Positions 1 to 16,369 of a stretch of DNA of 64,000 nucleotides are shown here, in pieces. Numbering within the stretch: position 1 is the first letter of the stretch; each line of letters opens with the position of its first letter. The stretch is from the human T2T-CHM13v2.0 reference genome, Homo sapiens, in assembly GCF_009914755.1 (NCBI RefSeq), contig NC_060930.1. One strand, written 5' to 3'. The notes under the pieces are model-generated. The model did no database searches and was not told where the DNA came from. It worked only from the letters and a program-made list of their open reading frames with translations. Made by a program: the position numbers and the translations under genes.

Positions 1-126
1 TATGTAACCCACCATTTCAGATACTGACATATACTTTTTAGGTAAAATAACATTGCCACACTTTCGTAGCTGTTAATGTTATGTAAGGACATTAGTGAAA
101 ACTAAACTACTGATCAATTTTAATAA

Positions 127-577
<451 letters not shown>

Positions 578-719
578 TATTTTTATGATTGCTAAACGAG
601 TGAAAAGGGTGAAAAATATTAGCAACATGTATAGCTGATAAAAGGCTCATAAACATAAGACAAAGAATAATTAATCATAAGAAAAAGACAAAGGCATTTT
701 CTTCTTTCAACTCTTTATG

Positions 720-830
720 GGGGTATTCCTTCCTAATTTCATTTTCTAGAAAAGGGAACAGGCTTGAGCATTGTCTTACTGAAGGTTACACAGGAAAGTG
801 GCAGAAAACAGATTCAAACCTAGAACCCCA
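720..830 (-). mobile_element. MIR fragment
   Basis: aaggttacacaggaaagtggcagaaaacagattcaaacctag resembles the MIR core. Confidence 0.55.
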
Positions 831-1039
831 CTTACCTCCAAAAGAGGCAGGTTTTTGGAGAATTCAGATTAATTCTACATCATTAACAAGAGTTGTTTTT
901 GTTGTTTCTTTTTTATGTCAGTCTTTGCTGTCTTTGCTTCTCTTGGCCTGAATTTTATCATCTGGGAAATAAATGAAGGGGAAGAATCACAACACTGATT
1001 TTTAAATGGAATTTTATTTAAACAACCCGAATTACCAAT

Positions 1040-1127
1040 AAATCTGCAGAAAAGACTCACACCATTGTTAAAGTTCAAGAAAATTCAAATTAAAAGCAAA
1101 ACTAGATGCCACTAAACAACAACCAGA
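1040..1127 (+). mobile_element. Ancient L1M ORF2 3' fragment, left half (target of L1-A)
   Basis: gaaaattcaaattaaaagcaaaactagatgccactaaacaacaaccaga resembles L1 gaaatgcaaattaaaaccacaatgagataccac; continues at 7310. Confidence 0.65.
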
Positions 1128-1130
1128 CCT

Positions 1131-2155
1131 GAGAGGAGCCAAGATGGCCGAATAGGAACAGCTCCAGTCTACAGCTCCCAGCGTGAGCGACGCAGAAGAC
1201 AGGTGATTTCTGCATTTCCATCTGAGGTACCGGGTTCATCTCACTTGGGAGTGGCAGACAGTGGGCGAAGGTCAGTGGGTGCGCGCACCGTGCGCGAGCC
1301 GAAGCAGGGCGAGGCATTGCCTCACTTGGGAAGCGCAAGGGGTCAGGGAGTTCCCTTTCTGAGTGAAAGAAAGGGGTGACAGACGCACCTGGAAAATCGG
1401 GTCACTCCCACCCGAATACTGTGCTTTTCCGAACGGCTTAAAAAAACGGCGCACCACGAGATTATATCCGGCACGTGGCTCAGAGGGTCCTACCCCCACA
1501 GAGTCTCGCTGATTGCTAGCACAGCAGTCTGAGATCAAACTGCAAGGCGGCAGCGAGGCTGGGGGAGGGGCGCCCGCCATTGCCCAGGCTTGATTAGGTA
1601 AACCAAGCAGCCAAGAAGCTCCAACTGGGTGGAGTTCACCACAGCTCAAGGAGGCCTGCCTGCCTCTGTAGGCTCCACTCTGGGGGCAGGGCACAGACAA
1701 ACAAAAAGACAGCAGTAACCTCTGCAGACTTAAATGTCCCTGCCTGACAGCTTTGAAGAGAGCAGTGGTTCTCCCAGCACGCAGCTGGAGATTTGAGAAT
1801 GGGCAGACTGCCTCCTCAAGTGGGTCCCTGACCCCCAAGCAGCCTAACTGGGAGGCACCCCCGAGCAGGGGCACACTGACACCTCACACAGCCGGGTACT
1901 CCTCTGAGACAAAACTTCAAGAGGAATGATCAGACAGCAGCATTCGCGGATGACGAAAATCCGTGGTTCTGCAGACACCGCTGCAGATACCCAGGCAAAC
2001 AGGGTCTGGAGTGGACCTCTAGCGAACTCCAACAGACCTGCAGCTGAGGGTCCTGTCTGTTAGAAGGAAAACTAACAAACAGAAAGGACATCCACAACAA
2101 AAACGCATCTGTACATCACCATCATCAAAGACCAAAAGTAGATAAAACCACAAAG
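1131..2155 (+). promoter_or_regulatory. L1-A 5'UTR internal sense/antisense promoter
   Basis: YY1 motif caagatggccg at 1140-1150; many CpGs retained against a CpG-poor background. Confidence 0.8.
1272..1580 (-). other. L1 ORF0 variant (antisense ORF, 102 aa, altered C-terminus)
   Basis: MAGAPPPASLPPCSLISDCCASNQRDSVGVGPSEP inside ORF-track entry 1272..1874 matches the primate ORF0 N-terminus. Confidence 0.7.
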
Positions 2156-3172
2156 ATGGGGAAAAAACAGAGCAGAAAAACTGGAAACTCTAAAAAGCAG
2201 AGCGCCTCTCCTCCTCCAAAGGAATGCAGTTCCTCACCAGCAATGGAACAAAGCTAGACGGAGAATGACTTTGACGAGTTGAGACAAGAAGGCTTCAGAC
2301 GATCAAACTACTCCGAGCTACCGGAGGAAACTCAAACCAAAGGCAAAGAAGTTGAAAACTTTGAAACAAATTTAGATGAATGTATAACTAGAATAACCAA
2401 TACAGAGAAGTGCTTAAAGGAGCTGATGGAGCTGAAAGCCAAGACTCGAGAACTACGTGAAGAATGCAGAAGCCTCAGGAGCTGATGTGATCAACTGGAA
2501 GAAAGGGTATCAGTGATGGAAGATGAAATGAATGAAATGAAGCGAGAAGGGAAGTTTAGAGATAAAAGAATAAAAAGAAATGAGCAAAGCCTCCAAGAAA
2601 TATGGGACTATGTGAAAAGACCAAATCTACGTCTGATTGGTGTACCTGAAAGTGACGGGGAGAATGGAACCAAGTTGGAAAACACTCTGCAGGATATTAT
2701 CCAGGAGAACTTCCCCAATCTAGCAAGGCAGGCCAACATTCAGATTCAGGAAATACAGAGAACGCCACAAAGATACTCCTCGAGAAAAACAACTCCAAGA
2801 CACATAATTGTCAGATTCACCAAAGTTGAAATGAAGGAAAAAATGTTAAGGGCAGCCAGAGAGAAAGGTCGGGTTACCCACAAAGGGAAGCCCATCAGAC
2901 TAACAGCTGATCTCTTGGCAGAAACTCTACAAGCCAGAAGACAGTGGGGGCCAATATTCAACATTCTTAAAGAAAAGAATTTTCAACCCAGAATTTCATA
3001 TCCAGCCAAACTAAGCTTCATAAGTGAAGAAGAAATAAAATACTTTACAGACAAGCAAATGCTGAGAGATTTTGTCACCACCAGGCCTGCCATAAAAGAG
3101 CTCCTGAAGGAAGCACTAAACATGGAAAGGAACAACCGGTATCAGCTGCTGCAAAATCATGCCAAAATGTAA
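2156..3172 (+). pseudogene. L1-A ORF1p, disrupted
   Basis: ATG GGG AAA AAA start; in-frame stops near 2255 (TAG) and 2483 (TGA); C-terminal 219 aa open (YVKRPNLRLIGVPE, YPAKLSF). Confidence 0.95.
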
Positions 3173-3235
3173 AGACCATCCAGGCTAGGAAGAAACTGCA
3201 CCAACTAACGAGCAAAATAACCAGCTAACATCATA

Positions 3236-7060
<3,825 letters not shown>

Positions 7061-7115
7061 ACAATGAGATCACATGGACACAGGAAGGGGAATATCACGC
7101 TCTGAGGACTGTTGT

Positions 7116-7137
7116 GGGGTGGGGGGAGGGGGAAGGG
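7116..7137 (+). other. L1 3'UTR G-rich tract (potential G-quadruplex)
   Basis: ggggtggggggagggggaaggg, four G-runs. Confidence 0.7.
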
Positions 7138-7309
7138 ATAGCATTGGGAGATACACCTAATGCTAGATGACGAGTTAGTGGGTGCAGCGCACCAGTATGG
7201 CACATGTATACATATGTAACTAACCTGCACAATGTGCACATGTACCCTAAAACTTAAAGTATAATAAAAAAAAATTAAAAAAAAATAATAAAAATAAACA
7301 ACAACCAGA

Positions 7310-8290
7310 ATGATTAAAATAAGATGCAGACATGTTGGAAAGGACATGGAGCAACTAGAACTCTTATAGGCTATTGGCATGAGTGTAAACTGTTATAAAC
7401 TGTTTATAAAAGTTGGAAACTATTTTTAACTATGAACTAAAGTTGAATATACATATTTTGTGACCAATCATATAACTACTACTAAATACATATTAAGAAT
7501 GCATATGTATATATAACATAAGATACCAATAAGAATATTCATAGCAGCATTATTCATAATAACCCTACATTAGAAACAAATCAAATGGCTATTATCAGTA
7601 TAATGAATAAAGTTTATACAGTGGCATAGTGTATTCTAACAATGAATAAACTAAAACTGCATACAGACATGGAATAATATAATGAACATAACATCAAACG
7701 AAAAATATAAATGAATATATAACCTGTATTTCATTTATATAAAACAAAATATAAAGCAGGACTAGTCTGTGTTAGAAGTTGAGATTATGGCCATCTTTAG
7801 AAAGACAGAAGCAAGTATTAATTTACAGAGGCAAAAATAAAGATCTAAGGTGGTGATAATTTACTATTTCTTGATATGAGTTTTGGCTATGGAGGTGAGT
7901 TTATAATAATTCACTGAACCATACAATTTGAATTTACGCATTGCTTTATATGATTGATTTACTTCAATAAAATGTTAGAAATAAAAATAATCACAAATTT
8001 ATGATAACGCTCTGCAGAATAGATAAATTTAGTGAATTATTATCCATTTAATTGGGTATGAAAATGGCATTATGGTTATACAAAAATAAATGTCCTTAGT
8101 TTTAGAAATGCATGCTATTTACTAAAGCATGCAAAAGGATATTTCACCATTTGTTTTAATATATATTTATTAATACAATGAAAAATAATGAGGAAAAGAT
8201 GAAATAAATTTTCTATTTATGAAAGACAATACTACTATACTATTCTAGCTGCTTTTAAATATATTTGAAAGTTATTATAAACTTTTTTAA
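7310..8290 (+). mobile_element. Ancient L1M (L1ME/MC-like) 3' fragments
   Basis: atgttggaaaggacatggagcaactagaactc, aagaatattcatagcagcattattcataat and similar diverged L1 3' motifs. Confidence 0.7.
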
Positions 8291-8409
8291 AATTAGTGCT
8301 ACATTTATCTAGCACTCAAAGAGATTAAAAATTTATTCTACCCTTGGGTTTTCTTAGCACAGATATGGTACTCCACCCATATAGTCTGCTGTTCAGGGAG
8401 TTACTTAGA

Positions 8410-8770
8410 TAAAATCCTTGACTTCTCCCTCACCAATTCTATTCCCACCACATCCCTCATGACACCTAAAGTCTTACTGGTTCTACCTCTTTACTATCCA
8501 GGGATTTCATCTAGCTCACTTCATGCCATAACCACTGTATGAATTCAAGTCCTGATCCTCTCTAACCTGAATTGCTTCAATAACCTCTTTAACTGGTCTT
8601 ACCATCTCCTGTTCTTGCCAGCTTATATCAATTCTCCACATTAGGGTAAGAGTGGTCTCTTTAAAGCACAGATTTAATCAAATTAGAATACCTTAATGAC
8701 TCCCCTATACTGGGCATAGGAAAAAGTCCTGGCAAATGTTTATGTACTCAACTTACTGAAATAAATCAAT
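8410..8770 (+). mobile_element. L2 3' fragment
   Basis: ctctctaacctgaattgcttcaataacctctttaactggtct ... ttctccaca ... agagtggtctctttaaagcacagat matches the L2 3' region. Confidence 0.7.
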
Positions 8771-8902
8771 ATAATACATTCAAATTCTTCCTTAAAATGA
8801 AGACTCACATTGGTGCTAGTACCTATTGCACAGGACTGCAATGTGTAGTAACATTTCAAATTGGAATTGGTGTGCTCTCCTCCATATTTAGAATTTACCA
8901 TG

Positions 8903-8930
8903 TGGATGGATGGATGGATGGATGGATGGA
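8903..8930. repeat. (TGGA)7 microsatellite
   Basis: Perfect tetranucleotide run. Confidence 0.95.
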
Positions 8931-11405
8931 CAGATAGGTAGCTGCTAAACTAACAAAAGCTGCTCTGGTATTGCTCTCTGGCAGCCCTTCCACACCCAAA
9001 ATAAAATGAAAAAAAAATGGCCAAGGGAGAAGACTCAGAAAAGCAAGAGAAGAGTAAAGCCAATAAATTGGAGTTCTACAGGCCTTAATGTAGGATGATT
9101 CAGGGAAACTGGGGATCCCCACACTAGAATGAGTATGATTTTCACACTCAGTAATGCATGTATATGTTTCCAATCGTGGTGGGCGGGGGGTCATTTAGGC
9201 CTTTACGTAATTTTGTTGTCCTAACTGGGTCGGGTTTACTGGCTGGAATAAAGTTGCATTTAGCAGAAAATGATTTAATATAGGTAATTAATATTTGTGG
9301 AATTTTTAGATGAGCTGTAGGAGTAGGATCAAGACTGAGCTTTTAGCAACAATATTCTTAGACTCTACATGTTTGTTTCATCATGAGAGCTTCCGGTACC
9401 ACCACAATAATTCATAGACAATTAGGAAGCCGTCAGCACAATCGCTGGCTATCAGGCCTCAATTTACTTTTTCAAAATGGATGTCACATTACTGTTTAAC
9501 ATCCCCCTTAAGAACTTCTGCTTCTATAAAAAGTGAAGCCAATCCATGACTACACTTGTCAATGGGGATAGCAGAATCAGAGTAACTGCAGCCACATCAT
9601 GCTGTTCCACATAGAACTGCAAAATCATGAAAGGATCAGACTGGAAGAATATACATCTAGATTGGAAAAGTAACTGCAAGTTATCTAGGTGACACAGATC
9701 TTATGTTATATATTTCAAAACTCTGAGGTAAAGGGGACATACTACTAGGGTGTTAGAATTGATATCATTCAAGATGATTAAAAAAAAATCCTCCTCCAGT
9801 GTCATGGAGATAGTAGTGAGGGAACTTTGTGGTTTTCAAAAAGTTATATTTAATTTTAGTTTTTTGCATGCTTCAGCCAGCATTAAGGGAAGCAAATAAA
9901 AAATATGAGAGGACCTAAATAGGTATTAGTTTCTGTAATAAGATTAATGTCATATATCATACTGTGCATGGATGAATTATATAATGGGTAGTTCAAATGT
10001 GAAAGGATATGTATAACTAATAGCATTTGATTCTGAAAAAAGTATTCCTGACAAAGAAATAATTTACTTTGTTGCTTTGTTTTCTTCACAAATTTACACT
10101 GTCACTATTTTCCCAAATCTATTTTAGAAATTTTGGAGAATGTATAGAGAAAAAAATGAGTTTACTTAGAGATGATCATGTTTACTTTTATGTCTAACAT
10201 TTTGCCATATGTTTAATAAATGAATTATTATGTTATATATATATATACACACACAGTTTTTTTTTACTGTATTGGTATATTTTTTTCCTCTCTGTGCCCA
10301 AATCAATTTTTTCATTTCCTACAAATCACACAGCATTTTTCCTAAATCCTAAGAATCAAAGGCTTTCAAGATCAAAGGGACTTGCATTTTATTTTTCAGT
10401 CAACCATTGAGGTAAATGTGTTTATAAAATGTGTTCATAAAAAGCATATCTTTTAAATACATTTTATGCTTTTCTTAAAGGTGTCACTGTTTAGTCCAGC
10501 AAAGGTATCAATTACTTTATCTAGTTTACAAAAATACTTTAAAATATGGACTGCTAGGCATGGTTGGTTTATTCTTTTCTTCTATGTAATTTCATTAGTT
10601 AGATTACTATCAACATGGAAAATATCCAATATTATACAGAAACTAGATCAGCAGAGTCATATTTAACCTTTCGCTTTCAGACTTTAGATATATAATCACA
10701 TAATATTAAGAAATAGCTTTTTATGAGAAGTAGTCAAATGCAGAAAGCTTACTAATACAGCATATTTGTTTTAAATTTGTGTTTATAATTTTGAGATATG
10801 CCTAAGAGAAAAAAAGACCAATATTAGACAATATTCAAGTTTAAGACATGTTCTCTATCATTATAATGATATTCACTACAAAAATTAAGACAAACTTTTA
10901 TAGTAGGCAAGATGAGTCAAAGCAATATAATTTTGAAGTTCCACATGAGTAATATGTTTTTAAAAATTGGCTGAATTGAATCAGATTGCCCAAAACATGT
11001 CATTGCTTTTTCTAAACTAAAATTGTCTATTACTTTATAGGTGAAACTTCTGGTATTGTAAATCGAACTTCTTTTCTAAATGGCCATGAGGTCAATTAGC
11101 CTCATAGTGCAATGGTTCTTGTGTTGAAAGCCAATGAAGTTCATAAACAGAATGGTGATTTTGTGTTCCAGTTTGACAAAACTAGGGGAAATGTGGATTG
11201 AAGATAGATAGTTTGTTATGGGTCAGTAAAGTAGTTTTATGGTTCTCTTCATCTTTGTTTCAAGTTGGACCTAAATCCAAATAAGTAGGCAAGAATAAAT
11301 AAATGAAGAATAATATAAAGAAAGAATATTTAATTACTGCATTACTTTCAGATGAATATCAATCTCTGGTGTTGATTCTGAGATATGCAAAGATCAAATA
11401 AGTGA

Positions 11406-11406
<1 letters not shown>

Positions 11407-11448
<42 letters not shown>
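11407..11448. repeat. (TG)21 microsatellite
   Basis: Perfect dinucleotide run. Confidence 0.97.
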
Positions 11449-11449
<1 letters not shown>

Positions 11450-13290
11450 TCTTAAAACAATACATTGGGTGCCCTAGTATCAACTAGTCCTACCTTCTTG
11501 ACTAAAGTACCTGAAATAAACTTACATTCATTTCTGGGCTTCCCTTGTGGCAGCAGAACTGTTGACTCTCCTTTTGTTTTTGTATAAATTCATTCCACAA
11601 AATGACTCAGCTGTGTTCAAGCTTGACTTTCTCCAGATATATTTATATGTTTCTGTTCTTAAGTTTCCTAATCTGTTTCTCAATATGGAAAATCTAGTGT
11701 GGGTTTTTTAAGCATTATGTTTTCAGTTTTTAATTATAAAATTCATGCTTCATATAAAATTGTCAAACAATATAAATCAATATAAGAGTCCCCTCACTCC
11801 TTTTTGATTATTCCTTCTTTCAGAGGTAATGACTATTAACAGTTTGGTATGCATCTATCTACACTAAATTTGTTTTTCTCCTGGAAATATACGAACCTAC
11901 ATCATGAGATATTATATGTGTAAGTTTTACTTATTGTGTGGCTAGGGAAAAAAATGCTTTTGAGTAATCAATGTGTGGCTAAATAAACTATAAAAGTGAC
12001 TTTTCTTAGGAATTCTGGAGGAAGGGCTCATAGAAATATATTAGATACCATAAATAGGGCAAGACCCACAGCTTCAGGCTGTGGATAAAGTTCCTATGTT
12101 TGTAGCCTTCAGAAAGTGTTTTCCAGTAGAAAGTCAAATAAGCCAAGAGGAGTCACGTAAGTGTCAGTATGAAGTAGAAAATAAGACAATACTGACTTAT
12201 AAAAAATTCAAAATTTCCACTTACCACTTGGATTAAACTCCTAAGTAAGCTGTTATCTCTTTTACCTCATGAAAAGGGACATTCTATCCAGGGAAGATTC
12301 AAAAGAGATGCACAGATTTCACATACATACACTCACATCCATCCATACATGCATTAATAAAATTGAAACTTCTGTTCTCATATCTGGGTGGCTCATGCCA
12401 CAGGAAGCACCAAAATCTAATAAAAATGCCTCCTGACCAAATCATTTTTAACAGATGGTAATAGAGTCTCCTTGTTCCCTGTGTTATTGTGTCATGTTCC
12501 AATGTCACTCTTTTACTCCTGGCTTACCAAACTAAACAATAAAAAACAACTTACACAATTAAAAGAATTAAACCAACAAAAGAAACTGTAACCACAAGAC
12601 ATTATTGTTACCATACATTTTCAGGACACTCGTCACTGAATATCCCTTTCTATTAAAGGGTAGGTCAGTGAGCATATAAATTCCATCAGAAACAGTACAC
12701 TACTGCCTGGGCATTAGTTCAGTATTCAGATGGTGGTTATATCCATTAAAATTTAGGAACAGCAGATGACATACTGTCTGGAAGAAATAAAGCATCCAAA
12801 ATTATTATTGAATAGTTTTAAAACAAATATCTCATTAGGATTCTTGAGATAAATGAGATATACTTAAAAACGTTCTCAATACAGAATGTCTAAAATCCTG
12901 GACAAAATACTCTTAAAACCTGCTTTTAAAACATAAGGCTGATTAGCAAGAAAAACAATACAGAATTTTTTTAAAGCATGATCCTAAGTTTTAAGACAGT
13001 TATAACTAACTTAATTATGTCCTATATTCTTTTTCAAATCCAAAGTAAAGTATTCCAAAGACTCTCGGCACATCCCCCATCTCCTGGAATCTCATCACTG
13101 GAAACCTTTATATCCTGTTTTGACTCAATTTCCTACCTCTCTGCAACTCCTGAAATAAAATAATTCCACCGTACTTTTGGAAACACAGGGTCAATCTACA
13201 TCCTTCATAATCCCAACGTTGATCACTCCTTTACCTTCATACACTGAAGAAAACCCACACTGTGCTGAGGGTACTGACTTCTTACAACCT

Positions 13291-13440
13291 TCTTTTATTT
13301 TATTTTATTTTATTTTTATTATTATACTTTAAGTTTTAGGGTACATGTGCACAATGTGCAGGTTTGTTACATATGTATACATGTGCTATGTTGGTGTGTT
13401 GCACCCATTAACTCATCATTTAGCATTAGGTATATCTCTT
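13291..13440 (-). mobile_element. 5'-truncated L1PA4-like 3' end (~150 bp)
   Basis: (TTTTA)n tail then attatactttaagttttagggtacatgtgcacaatgtgcaggtttg ... tttagcattaggtatatctc; no TSD found. Confidence 0.92.
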
Positions 13441-13637
13441 AAGTGATGGATAATTTTCACTTTCTTATCTCTGTTCCACCAGCCTGAACATTAGGTACTT
13501 CCCTCCTTTCTCCTCATTACAATCCTTTCAGACTAGTGATGCTCTCTCCTCCCTAAAATTCATGCCTCCGCACTATCTGTCCTGATTGGCCGTCACCCAC
13601 ATTCTACATTTCCTGTCACGATTCATCACTACATATA

Positions 13638-13973
13638 GAGTCATCCCTCTGTATCTACAGAAAATTGGTTCCAGGACCTCTTGTGAATACCAAAGTCCAT
13701 GAATGCTCAAGTCCCTGGTATAAAATAAGATAATATTTGAACATAACCTACATACATGTTTCCATATACTTTAAATCATCCCCAGATTATTTATTATACC
13801 TAATATAATGTAAATGCCATTTAATTTGTTATACTGTGTTGTTTTGGGAACAATGACAAAGAAAAATGTCTGCACATGTTCAGTACAGGTGCAATTATGT
13901 CTTTCAAAATATTTTTGATATATAGTTGGTTGAGTCATGGATGCAGGACACACGGATTTGAGAGGATCAACTG
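13638..13973 (+). mobile_element. MER2 (TcMar-Tigger MITE)
   Basis: gagtcatccctctgtatc ... ttggttccaggacc ... atgctcaagtccc ... ggatttgagaggatcaactg; degenerate terminal inverted repeats. Confidence 0.88.
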
Positions 13974-14040
13974 TTCTCCCTTGGTTAAGCTGCCAATTAT
14001 ATTATTTTCCTTATTCCATATGCCCTTGGCAATAATTCTT

Positions 14041-14577
<537 letters not shown>

Positions 14578-14829
14578 TAGAAAACTAAAGCAATATATCA
14601 GGCACCCAGTACCTCACCCACCATCCACCCTACATGCTACCCTTATAATCTGCCTATCTTGTTACTATGGATGAATTATTTGGCTATTCTTCTGCTCTCA
14701 CCTAAATAGTCTCTCAACTTGTATTTTTGATCCTTTCTTATCTCAACTATTCAAGGAAATTCCTCCGGAAGTCATCTCTTCTCCTTTTTTCCCTATTTTA
14801 TTTCTCTCTACTGAATAGATGATACATCA

Positions 14830-16260
14830 TTTACTTCTCCATTAAGTCATTTTCAATATCTTCAATTGAAAATATGATTCAAAGCCTTGCATATATATTG
14901 TTACATCTTTTGCTGGGTATCTATATTTTGTTACTGTGTTATATATATTCTTCATGAAATTGTATTATCCATATCTATAATGTCAGTATTTTGAAATATA
15001 ATTTTTATATATTGACTTTTTTTCTATATCAGTAAACTTCAATACTTCTCATAATTTTTAGATTACATTATGCATGTAAACAACCACATTATCTGCATAG
15101 TATGACCTATTTATTTCCAATTTATTTTAAATATTTATAATTTTATTCATTATTTCCTCTTCTAATTTCAGTGGCTGAGAATTTAAGAAAATAATGAGTA
15201 AAAGAGGTGTCAGACATGCTTACCTTGTTCTTGATATGAAAGAAATGTTTTAAATATTTTTATTCATATTTTGCTAAAAGACATTTGAAAATCTTGACAT
15301 GGCATTGAATTTTGTCAAAAGTATTTTGAATATATTGCAATTATCATAAACCTTTTTTCTCCTTTTTCTGTCAATATTATGAATTACATTAGATGATGTT
15401 CTAATTTTCAATTGTTACTGCTATGCAGAAATAGGTCTAAATTTTTCACAGTATGACACTGTTATGTTTTTACACATTGCTATTTTTAATTTGCTAAATT
15501 TTTGTTTCAAAACATTTGTATCTATTACATTTGTATCTGTTACAAATATAAGATATTTGTATAGATATAAAACATTTGTATAGATACAAAACATTTGTAT
15601 CTATTACAAATTTCAAACATTTGTATCTATTACTGTAAGAATGACTTGTGATGCAGTTTCTTCCATCCTTGTCTGGATTTTGGTGTCATGATCCTATAAG
15701 CTTACTATAGGATTGCAGTTATTGATTGCAGTTACCCCTTTCTAAAAATATTATCTGGACACATGCAAAGTATCTTGAGATTATTTTTTATTTTATTGTA
15801 CATTTGATAAAATTAATCAGTAAAAGAATATAATTCATGTAATTGTTTTTTCATCTATTAGTGCTTTCAAATTTTATTTACATTGTATTATTTTAGGACA
15901 TTATCCATTTACTAACATAAAAACCTAATCCAAATCAAATTTTTTCTTATTTCTGATATTCTACTTGTATTTTTTCTAATCGCATGTCTTTACTATGTTT
16001 GTTTTTGTTTTTTGGGAACAGGTTTACTGAGATATCATTTATATTCCATATATTTCATTCATTTAAATTGTACAACTCCATGTTTTTTAATGTATTTGCA
16101 AAGTTGTACAAGCATTACCAGAACCAATAACTGCACATTTATTTATCCATTCATTAGCTGACAGACATTTGAGTTGTTTTCAGATTTTGGCTATTATGAA
16201 TATTTGATTTCTATGACTTTTCATGTACATGTTTTTGTGTGAATATATTTTCACTTCACC
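14830..16260 (-). mobile_element. Old L1M fragments
   Basis: catgcttaccttgttcttgatatgaaagaaatg, atttgctaaatttttg, gacagacatttgagttgttttcagattttggctattatgaat. Confidence 0.65.
15508..15633. repeat. Short complex repeat of acatttgtatctattac with inverted units
   Basis: Several copies of aacatttgta(tcta/taga); tagatacaa is the reverse complement of ttgtatcta. Confidence 0.8.
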
Positions 16261-16369
16261 TAGACACTTATAATAAAATATTATGGAAACTCTTTTAAAA
16301 ATTAAGTTCAATTAAATTGTCATTACCTATATTCATTTTTTTTTTTTTTGGTGGGGCACCTTATTAGCA

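Noticed and set aside
13291-13440. Idea that this fragment is the displaced 3' end of L1-C
   Set aside because: Its tail flank (cttacaaccttc) does not match the TSD expected from L1-C (aagtcttttttt)
15508-15633. CRISPR-like repeat-spacer pattern
   Set aside because: Irregular short units without unique spacers, in primate DNA
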